Origin: Octopus sinensis
Lineage: Eukaryota
NCBI RefSeq assembly: GCF_006345805.1
Contig: NC_043008.1
Span: 6,076,001-6,140,000 of the forward strand
Reading direction: 5' to 3'
DNA: 64,000 nt
In this document: positions 38,885 to 48,734 of the stretch, piece after piece
Layout: each line of letters starts with the position of its first letter
Position numbering within the stretch: the first letter of the stretch is position 1
Translations under genes and position numbers: made by a program
Notes under the pieces: generated by a model
What the model saw: only the letters and a program-made list of their open reading frames with translations
What the model was told of the DNA's origin: nothing
Database searches by the model: none

Positions 38885-39285
38885 TTCTATAATTATAATT
38901 AGGGGTCAGCTAATTGCTTCATACTGAATTTAGAAATAGGAGTTAAAAATTCCTTTTCTACTACTGTAAGACTCTCCCAGATAGTAACACTTTTTTAGGT
39001 AGGCAAAGAGAAAAATAATGAAAACATCAACATGACTCCAATTAGCCACAGATGCGTTTTGAGATTAAAGTGTTTAATTACTTACTTCTCTCTTCAGTGA
39101 AGCATTTCCAATTATAAAATTTGAAAGTGCTAGGGTTTTACTCTTTGCCTTCGTAAAAAAGTGTGTTACTGTCATGGAGATTCTTACAGTAGTATAAAAA
39201 GGAATTTTAAACTCCTATTTCTAAATTTGGTGTGTGTTGAAGCAATTAGCTGAACCCTAATTATAATTATGTTTATAATTATAGA
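38885..39285. repeat. Inverted repeat (~130-bp arms, ~120-bp spacer), PLE-like, with decayed HHR in the spacer (39046-39102, minus)
   Basis: 38885-39014 is the reverse complement of 39136-39270. Spacer, minus strand: CTTCA-CTGAAGA-GAGA..TCTC-AAAA-CGCA-TC-TGTGG. Confidence 0.75.
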
Positions 39286-39512
39286 AAAAAAAAATATATA
39301 TATATATATATATAGGGGTTTGTATGATTGTATGTAGAGGGATATATATTATTCAAAGGAATTCCAACTCTGTCTGCTTTTTGTGTTTTATTCTTTATAA
39401 TATTAATGTAGAATATAGAATATATAGTATAAATAGTATATATATATAGTAAAATGAAATGAAGTATTGATTGTCTTATTGAATAGATGAAATATTGAAT
39501 ATCAAATATTAA

Positions 39513-39556
39513 GGGACTAGTATACTTTCTTGCATTAAAGCAGTCTTCAAGGTCCC
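39513..39556 (-). ncRNA. Hammerhead ribozyme motif, CUUGAAGA variant
   Basis: GGGAC-CTTGAAGA-CTGC(TTTAAT)GCAA-GAAA-GTATAC-TA-GTCCC. Perfect 5-bp stem I and perfect palindrome AGTATACT. Confidence 0.7.
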
Positions 39557-39727
39557 AGGTTGTGACAGGAGTATATATATATATGTATATATATATATAT
39601 TGCACAAGTGCTCTCACACATACACAGAGATGTGTGTATGTGTGTGTACAATGTAAAGTAAATCTAAATATCTAATGCCTTGGAAGACACTAACAGCACA
39701 AATTATTCGTTTGACTTATATTCTTAC

Positions 39728-39753
39728 CTGATTAAATAACCATTCATCTCTAT
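39728..39753 (-). CDS. Candidate 26-nt micro-exon (D)RDEWLFNQ, phase 1 to 0
   Basis: Acceptor ctgtgatcttcgtctctccag| and donor CAG|gtaaga. Confidence 0.45.
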
Positions 39754-42279
39754 CTGGAGAGACGAAGATCACAGCTGTTTTGTGAAAAATGTACAACAAT
39801 ATTGAATATAAATTTTCATTTTTTTTTTATCAAACATAAATTTAAATAAATAAAGCAAATAAACAAATAGATAATGAGAATTCTTCCAACGCAAGAATTT
39901 ATAAATCAGTCTGACAACTGATTTCAATTAAAACGAGTGAGCAGAAGGGATTTTGGTGTTAGTCACAGAATGTGTGAAAATAGAATCGCCTGTTAGCAAG
40001 AAGAAACAAATCAAAATCACATCCAAGTATACACATGCTCGCTCACACACACACACACACACTGTATAGGATAAAAGTCAAATAGCAAATCTAACCTGTA
40101 AAGTAATGCAGAAGACCATTGCATAAGTATGTGTGTATGTATGTTTGCTTGCATACACCACATTATTATCATCATCATCCTTTAACGTCCATTTTCCAAG
40201 CTGGCATGGGTTAGATAATTTGACCAGAGATGGCAAGCTGGAGAGCTGCACCAAGTTCCTGTCTGATTTGGCTTGATCTCTATAGCCAGATGCCCTTCAT
40301 AATGTCAACCACTTTACAGGGTGCGTTGGGTCCTTTTAATGTGGCACTGGCATAAGTGATTCGGCATACACAAGTGCTTTTTACATGGCACTAGCACAGG
40401 ACCCTTGCAAGCCAATCTTCTTCATCGGAGTGAGTGGCCTTAACACTTCTGCTGTGGAGGGCAGGTCTTCTTGAATACAGCCAGGCAACAGATATCTCTG
40501 TCCTTTGTCATCTCCACTGAAAGGATCAGTGTCCTGTGGTTGTCCTTCAGTAATTCCTCAGGACACATATGTTTGTATAGAAAGAGGTGTCTGTCTCTCA
40601 ATGATGCATATCAGCAAAAGATGCAAACAATAGCAAGAAAACCAATAAACTGGTGCATTGTAACAGAAATACCTTCCTTGTTATTTGTTGTCTTTCAATT
40701 ATACACATATTCTGTTGGTAGTGTTGCCCTTTTAACTGCAGTGAATGACAGACTGACCTGTAGGAACCCTTTAACTACCATTGCCAGTGTCCCCTAAATG
40801 CTAGATGTTATGATGTACTTTAAGTAAAATGAAATCAAACATGAACAAAAGTGGGAGTTAGACATTAAAGACATAACACAGTAACCAAAGCAGAGAAGTA
40901 ATATTCATGATGTATTTGTCTCATATGAAATGGGGGAGATATATGAAGACCCATTGTATATAGGCTGGGATTAAAATGATAGTTAGAGGATCAAAAACAA
41001 AGCAGAATAAAAGAAGCCACATGTTTATTCTTATCTTTTACTTGCTTCAGTCATTAGACTGTGGCCATGCTGGGGCAAGTGAAGAGAACAAAAAAAAGCC
41101 AAAAACAAAAAGAAAAAAAGAAGAAAAAAGCACACACACACACAGAGATCCAAAGAACTTTCCTTTCATTCTCTACCTTAGATGTCAATCAGTACAAATT
41201 TAGGATCATCAAAAAGTGATTTATAATAATGAAAAGAAAAAAAAGATTTCATGCTTTTGACCTCATTTTAAAACTTGCCTTTGATATAAGTATGTGTGCT
41301 CAGGTTGGAATTGAACCTATAAATCCATTTTCCATGTATAGTTCCATATAGGTACCTCAATGTCATAGATAAGTAGTGTGTATACATATATATATATTCT
41401 GCGGGCTTTTAACATACTTATCCACTACATCCCTGATGAGCAGTATGCATTAAAATCAATTTATGTAATTTATAACCCATTCTCAGTGTTATCCCTTTTG
41501 GACTGAACTGGAAGTAAATTTTACTAATTAAATTTTTACCTCATGAAAACTAAAAGCAGAAGTGCACTCATCACCACCTGAAAATCCAATTAGTAAACCT
41601 TTCACCAAGTTTGGCCTAAAGTGGTTGTCACTTTAGTAAATAAATTTAAACACCATATAATTTGACATTTATTCATATTACTTGACAGATTCTTAGCAAA
41701 TAAATGTGCTGAAAGCCTGCAGAAAATAAAAGCATTTGAATTCATGCTCAATCACAGATACATATATAGTTCTAGAAGTAGAGCACCTGAAGATGGTTGA
41801 ATGACTTACCAATTGAAATGCAGTGCTGTTAGATACATTAGACATGAGACAGTAAAACAAAACTACTCGAGCAATAATTGACCACCATCACCAGCGGTAT
41901 ATGTAAATGTAAATTGATAAGATTAACTTTGGAAAGAATAATGATTAGTGATAAAGAATGAGGAGATTAGTAAAGCAAGAATATATGGAAAATAGGGAAA
42001 GGAAAGGAAAGAGGGGAGTGGTGTGAGGTTTATGTAACAAAAGGAAAGAGCGTTTTACACGAGACAAGTTTTCCAAAGTGGAGAGAGAGAGAGGGGGAAA
42101 GAGAGGGAAAGAGAGATGAACTGTCACTGCAAAATGGTTGATTATGACAAAGCTGTCAAATTCTTTTACTTTGCAACATTTCTCAGATGTGGCTTCAATA
42201 TGGAAGACATATATATTCACATATTGAACGCAATAAACCCTAAATCATTTTTATTCAATTGAAATTATACTAATAATGG

Positions 42280-42735
42280 TTTCAGATTTTGGCACAAGGC
42301 CAGCAATTTCAAGGGAAGGCATCAGTTGATTACATTGACCCCAGTGTACAACTGGTACTTATTTTATCGGCCTTCAAAGGATGAAAGGCAAAATTGACCT
42401 TGGCGGAATTTGAACTCAGAATTTAAAGACAGACTAAATGTTGCAAAGCATTTTGCCCAGCATGCTAACAATTCTACCAGCTTGCTGTATTATAAAGTTA
42501 CACTAACAATGGTCTGAAATTGTGGCACAAGGTCAGCAGGGTCAGGGGAGGAGATAAGGTTATTACATTGACCTCAGTGCTCAACTGGTACTTATCTTAT
42601 CAACCCAAAACGATGAAAGGCAAAGTTGACCTTGGCGGAATTTGAACACAAAATGTTAAGACATGAAATGCACCAAGCATTTTGCCAAGTGTGCTAATGG
42701 TTCTGCCAGCTCACCGCCTTATAAAGTTACACTGA
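42280..42735 (-). mobile_element. Tandem duplication of a ~220-bp unit containing a family 2 SINE
   Basis: Both units end in TTATAAAGTTACACT(A/G)A(C/T)AATGG. Confidence 0.8.
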
Positions 42736-43129
42736 TAATGGGAAGAAAAAGTCATTAACATTAATGACAATTCTTGTCAGGAGCGCATGGGAGATAACTC
42801 AAAGTTGTAAACTGATAAAAATTAAATAGAGATACACAGGTGTGGTAGGGAGAGTGAATGAGACTTTCTGTAACCATAGTGACAAGCACAAACATGTCTT
42901 GGCTTTATTAGCTTTTCTCAGGCACATAACAACCTGGTATTAAAAGGACTCTGAAGAAATATGGATTTTGTGTGAAAAATATCTACTGATTTGGCAATTT
43001 AAAACCATGACAACAGAAGATTTATCAGGAATAACTACAACACGAATAATATGTAGTTAAGTATGTCTAGTCTTCTCTTCATGTTAAATATGTCTATTAG
43101 AGAAAATATAATGTCTATGAGAGAATATA

Positions 43130-43490
43130 TGCTGGTCGATGCCAGTGCCGCCTGACTGGTCCTGTGCTAGTGGCATGTAAAAAGCACCATTCCAGCGTGA
43201 CCATTGCCAGTGCCTCCTGACTGGCTCCCGTGCTGGTGGCATGTAAAAGGCACCATTCAAAGTGTGGCCGATGCCAGTATTGCCTGACTGGCCCTCGTGC
43301 CGGTGGCTCGTAAAAGCACCCATTACATTCTCAGAGTGGTTGGTGTTAAGAAGAGCATCCAGCTGTAGAAATTTTGCCAGTTCAGATTGGAGCTTGGTGC
43401 AGCATCCTGGCTTGCCAGCCCTCAGTCAAATTGTCTGACCCATGCCAGCATGGAAAGTGAACGTTAAACAACGATGATGATGATGAAGAT
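43130..43490 (+). mobile_element. Family 3 SINE
   Basis: Family motifs. Confidence 0.85.
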
Positions 43491-43506
43491 GCATTGCAGT
43501 GTTTAC

Positions 43507-43527
43507 CATAATCAGATGGTATATCTT
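43507..43527 (-). CDS. Candidate 21-nt micro-exon (E)DIPSDY, phase 1/1
   Basis: Acceptor cttcatgtctgttgcag| and donor ATG|gtaaac. Open in the Ig frame. Confidence 0.4.
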
Positions 43528-43739
43528 CTGCAACAGACATGAAGTTTGACTTTTGAAGAGTTTAAAGTGCACACTTGTAATTCTGGCAGCAGTGGCTAAT
43601 GAGAGAACATCATTGGAAAAATCTCTGCTTTTGTGATACACTTAACTCTTCTGATTCAAGAGATATGTCCTATTTTCATCTTTATGTCATCTTCATCCAC
43701 CCCACCACCACCACCACCATCACCACCTTTGCTGTCACC

Positions 43740-44054
43740 ATCATCAACTGGTACCCATGCTGGTGGTACATAAAAAGCACCCTTCAAACTTTGGACCTCA
43801 TGGACGCAGTGACAAGTGACCGAGACCTTTGGCAATATACTGTGCTTGAGAAGATCTCTCAAGCCGGTGTTTTTTAACAGGCACCCATGCCAGTTGCATG
43901 TAAAAAGCAGCCACTACACTCTTGGAGTGGTTGGTATTAGGAAGGGTATACTTCTGTAGAAACCATGCCAAATCAGATTGGAATCTGGTGCGGCTCTCTA
44001 GCTTACCAGTCTTCAGTCAAACCGTCCAACCCATGGCAAATGATGATGATGATG

Positions 44055-44089
<35 letters not shown>

Positions 44090-44761
44090 CACTCTATATA
44101 TATACATATATATATATATTACTCTTGGAGTGGTTGGTGTTAGGAAGGGCATCCAGCTGTAGAAACACTGCCAAATCAAGATTGGAACCTGGTGCAGCCA
44201 TCTGGTTCGCCAGCACTGAGTCAAAATCATCCAACCCATGCTAGCATGGAAAGCGGATGTTAAACGATGATGATGATGATGATGATGATATGCACCACAG
44301 AATTTTGTCAGTGAACAGGTTGTGGTCTCAAAGCGACGAAAATATTTTGGCAAAATAAATATAAATGTTGAAGTGAATCTAACGGTATTTGTGTGTTTCT
44401 TAAATGGCTTATTAACACCTTTTACGCTGCAATTGTTTTCGTTCCAGCACACGATCTCAGATCAGGTGACTGTCTATGCAAGTACATTTTCGTTTTATAT
44501 ATGTATATATATAAAGTGGTTGGTGTTTGGAAGGGCACCCAGCTGTAAAAACCAAGCTAAAACTGACCTCGCCTATGATTGTGCCATATAAGAAGCACTC
44601 AGTCCACTCTTTGGGGTGGTTGGTGTTATGAAGGGCATCCAGCCTAAAAACACTGCAAAACAGTCATAAGTCTGGTGTAGTCTTTCTTCTACCTGGCCAG
44701 CTCCTGTCAAACTGTCCAATCCATGCCAGCATGGAAGGTAGATGTTAAATGATGATGATGA

Positions 44762-44765
<4 letters not shown>
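43740..44765 (+). mobile_element. Cluster of three family 3 SINEs, with an RTE 3'-end fragment at ~43780-43865
   Basis: Family motifs. LQTLDLMDAVTSDRDLWQYTVLEK is the RTE C-terminus. Confidence 0.8.
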
Positions 44766-44797
<32 letters not shown>

Positions 44798-44799
44798 TT

Positions 44800-45016
44800 C
44801 TTATTCTTTTATTTGTTTCAGTCAATTGACTGCGGCCATGCTGGAGCACTGCCTTTTAGTCAAAGAAATCGAGTCCAGGATATTTCGTTGTAAGCCCGGT
44901 ACTTATTTTATCAGTCGTTTTTGCCGAACTGCTAAGTTATGGAACGTAAACATACCAGCATTTGTTGTCAAGTAATTGTGGGGGGGACAAACACAGATAC
45001 ACAAACACACACACAC

Positions 45017-45065
<49 letters not shown>

Positions 45066-45192
45066 TATACGATGGGCTTCTTTCAGTTTCCATCTAGCAA
45101 ATCCACTCACAAGGCTTTGGTCGGCCTGAGGCTATAGTAGAAGACACTTGCCCATGTGACTGGTAAGCAAGCTACTTACCACACAGCCACTC
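44800..45192 (-). mobile_element. Family 1 SINE
   Basis: Family motifs. Confidence 0.9.
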
Positions 45193-45843
45193 CTGAGAGA
45201 GGGAGTGTGTGTATATGTGAGACAGACAGTGACAAAAACACAGATAGATAGAAAGATAGATAAATAGGTATGCACACACATATTCACATACACACACATG
45301 CAATAATGTGTGTGTGTGTGTGTGTACATTCGTTATAGAATGTATGAATGTCTTTGGCCACTCTGATTTAGTAAGGTAGTTTAAAGGTAAATATTTGAGC
45401 TGGAAGGAGAGAAAGGTGAGACGTTCCTCAAGTGAAACCTGATAAAACTGTTAAGAAACTCCCTGTAAAACCAAGCATTCCATTCTTGAAAACGGTTAGT
45501 TGCTACAGCAGCCAGTTAGTTTTTCTTGTAGTCAAGCAAATACAATGCATGTTAAGTTTTTTTTTTTTCCTTTTAATTTTTTTTATGTATATATAAACAT
45601 ATATATATATATATATATTTATTTAAAAAAAATTTTCCCATTTTAACAGAAAAAATATCCAGAAAGGTAGAGACAGAAATCTCTAAATCTGGAAATGCAC
45701 AGTTCCAAAGAAGTAGAGAAATCGGTGAAGTACAGTACGAGCAGTAGCAAGAACGGTAGCAGCGGCAGCAATAACAGGAGGAAGAGGGAAAGATTGGGTT
45801 CAAAAAACCAAAGAAATCAACAACCAAACCATCACGTACTCAC

Positions 45844-46134
45844 CATTAGATCCTATAACCTCCACTTTGAAACGGCGGATCTCATTATAATTGCTAGTTT
45901 TACAACTGTACACCCCAGAATCTTCATATTTAGCGTGTATGATAGAAAAGACACTGAGAAGCGTTCCTTGTGGTTGCAAAGGGTAATGATTGATAAATAT
46001 TTTCGCCTTAGAGTTTGGTTTGAAGAGCTTATCTTGCTTGAACCAAAGGATAGCAGTGGCTGGCGGATTCTTGTGTCTAGCGGTAATGTTACACTGAAGT
46101 TTTACGGGGTCGGCAATCCTCACAACGACCACAT
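45844..46134 (-). CDS. Internal exon encoding one immunoglobulin domain (I-set/C2-like; Dpr/zig-8/IgLON-like cell-surface protein)
   Basis: 97 codons: (D)VVVVRIADPVKLQCNITARHKNPPATAILWFKQDK...LSVFSIIHAKYEDSGVYSCKTSNYNEIRRFKVEVIGSN. It has the B-strand Cys, C-strand Trp and the D-x-G-x-Y-x-C motif. Acceptor ttttttgtgccctgtcttcccctttag| and donor ATG|gtgagt; phase 1/1. Confidence 0.92.
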
Positions 46135-46568
46135 CTAAAGGGGAAGACAGGGCACAAAAAAAAAAAAGCTTGGTCTAACAATCAACTAATATTATGATGC
46201 AAGGGTTTTTAAAAAAATAAAATTACAAAAAAAGAAAAAACAACGAAAAAAATGAGGCGCAAACATTAAACAAAACACATTAAATAAAAAAACAAATTGC
46301 AAAAAACATAAGTTAAAAATGAATAATGTGAAGAAAAAATAAACAAAAAATAAAACTAGGCAACAAAAAAAATATTGTGACGATATTAGCAAAATGGTAT
46401 TTTGACTAATGTAGTTAACACTAGTTATAATAATGAGAAAATACATACATATGAATATAGTATAAATATAGGAATGGAATAAATATTTATGGAACATTGA
46501 AACTTTGGTGTGTATGCATGTATATATGTCTGTATCTATCTATCTATCTATCTATCTATCTACATACA

Positions 46569-46604
<36 letters not shown>

Positions 46605-46697
46605 TATATATTATATATATATATATGTGTATGTATGTATGTATATATATATAAATATATCTGTAGATGTAATATGTGACAATTACTCAGTAGTCAT

Positions 46698-46758
46698 GAT
46701 AAAACTCCGAGTTTCGGATGCTGAGGTGGAAATCCACGCCACCGTTTCTTCAGTTATT
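46698..46758 (-). ncRNA. Type I hammerhead ribozyme motif, mirror copy (G10.1A)
   Basis: AATAA-CTGAAGA-A..C-GAAA-CTCGGA-GTT-TTATC. Confidence 0.65.
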
Positions 46759-46843
46759 CGGCCATCGGAAAAATGCCTTTTTAGAAAATGTAGGCTTATT
46801 AACCAAACTAAATCAGATTTTTAGAAATTTTTTCCAATGGCTG

Positions 46844-46904
46844 GATAACTGAAGAGATAGCAGTGTGGATTTCCACCTCGGCATCCGAAACTCAGAGTTT
46901 TATC
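46844..46904 (+). ncRNA. Type I hammerhead ribozyme motif, intact core
   Basis: GATAA-CTGAAGA-G..stem II with GTGGA/TCCAC hairpin..C-GAAA-CTCAGA-GTT-TTATC. Confidence 0.75.
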
Positions 46905-47115
46905 ATGGCTACCGAATAATTGTCACATATTACATTTACAGATAAATTCCTCTATTTACATAATATCGAGGTCTCTTTCTTTCTTTCGTTGTTTTACCGT
47001 TTTTATCAATAATATATGTATATATATATATATACATACACTGTCGGTTATGATGACGAGGGTTCCGTTTGATCCGATCAACGGAACAGCCTGCTTGAGA
47101 AATTAACATACAAAC

Positions 47116-47280
47116 GTGACTGTGTGGTAAGTAGCTTGCTCACCAGCCACATGGTTCCAGGTTCATTCCCACTGAGTGGCACCTTGGGCAAGTGTCTTCT
47201 ACTATAGCCTCGGGCTGACCAAAGCCTTGTGAATGGATTTGGTAGACGAATTTTGGGAAACTGAAAGAAGCCTGTCATAT
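47116..47280 (+). mobile_element. Family 1 SINE, 5' half
   Basis: Family head motifs. Confidence 0.9.
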
Positions 47281-47292
47281 AAATGTATATAA

Positions 47293-47337
<45 letters not shown>

Positions 47338-47849
47338 GAGGCAGTGTACCAGCATGGCTGCAGTCTAATGACTGAAACAAGTACAGGATATAAGATGTGT
47401 GTGTGTGTAGAGCACAGATCAAGTGTTTTAAAAATAAAGACAATTAGTCAAGAATGGATGTGACTGGCTTTAAATGATAGACATGGAAACTAATTGGAAA
47501 TTGTCCTATCTCTCAGCGGTGTCCAGTGTGAGCAATTAAGTTGCTTGTGTGCATTGGCTTATGGCCAGAAATATGTGAAGGAAAAGAGTTTAGACATTTG
47601 ACTCAATCCCAGTATATCTTAGCCCTTTGTGGTAACTGATCATCGATAAGAGACCCAAGCAATTGAAATTGGATTTTCAACCCTGAATATATAAATTAAT
47701 ACTGCCAGGCATTTCATTTCATATTGTATCATCTACAGCCCATTATAGTGATGGTGGTGGTGGTGGTCATGGTGATAATTGAAAGTTTCAAAGGTTACTC
47801 AAGGCAATAAATATTATGCAAATCCTAGTTGTAATATATTCGTTTACAC

Positions 47850-48073
47850 TTTTACTTGATTCAGTCATCTGACTGCGGCCATGCTGGAGCACCACCTTAA
47901 AGGGTTTTAGTCGAACGAATTGTACTTATTCTATCAGTTTGTTTTGCTGAATTGCTAAGTTACGGGCACCTAAACACATCAGCATCGGTTGGTAAATAAT
48001 GGTGGTGGTGGGGGGGACAAAGACAGACACATGAATATATATCATATACATACATATACATATATATACATCC

Positions 48074-48104
<31 letters not shown>

Positions 48105-48520
48105 CATACATATTTATATATATACATACATACATATTTATATACATACATACATACATATTTATATACATATTTATATACATACATATATATATACATA
48201 CATACATATATATATACATACATATATATACATATATACATACATATATATATATATATATACATATATATACATACATATATATACATATATATACATA
48301 CATATATATATACATATATATACATACATATATATATATACACACACATATTCATATATATATACCCACAATGACTGTCTTTCAGCTTCTGTTGACTAAA
48401 TCTATTCACAAGGCTGTGGTTGGTCTGAAGCTATAGTAGAAAGCATTTGCCCCAAGACTGAACCCAGAACCATGTGGTTTGGAGGCAAGCTTCTTATTAC
48501 ACAGCCACACCTACACCTAT
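47850..48520 (-). mobile_element. Family 1 SINE with expanded internal (TA/CA)n tract
   Basis: Family motifs flank the microsatellite at 48030-48365. Confidence 0.85.
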
Positions 48521-48719
48521 GTGTGCATGTGTGCGTGCACGTGTGTGTGTGCATGTATGTGTGAGTGCGTGTGTGTATGTGTGTATAAACAAATGCATTT
48601 TTTATTCATGGTCAACAAAAATCGTCATTACTTCTTAATCATTGTATTTAAAATATGAAGACTATTATTATTTTGATAATAGGCAATTTCTGCAGTGGGG
48701 CATAAAATAAACTCATTAC

Positions 48720-48734
48720 CTTTCTTGAAGCTCA
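48720..48734 (-). CDS. Candidate 15-nt micro-exon (V)SFKK, phase 1/1
   Basis: Branch-like TTAAT, acceptor tcttgtttgcactttccag|, and donor AAG|gtaatg. Phase 0 would begin with a stop; phase 1 fits the Ig exon. Confidence 0.5.

Larger units (their letters stand above)
46658..46944. repeat. Foldback element (~116-bp arms, ~55-bp spacer), PLE pseudo-LTR-like, HHR in both arms
   Basis: 46658-46773 is the reverse complement of 46828-46944. Confidence 0.9.

Noticed and set aside
41432-41470. CTGATGA-GCA(GTA)TGC
   Set aside because: No GAAA or matching stem I follows. At best an unrecognisably decayed remnant.
41782-41827. HHR-like AGCAC-CTGAAGA-TGG..CCA-ATT-GAAA-TGCA-GTGCT overlapping a candidate donor
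   Set aside because: It has a perfect 5-bp stem I but lacks the essential UH, has 3 extra nt before GAAA, and has no repeat context. Probably chance.
45695-46138. 147-aa plus-strand ORF
   Set aside because: Antisense shadow of the Ig exon plus a low-complexity intron start.
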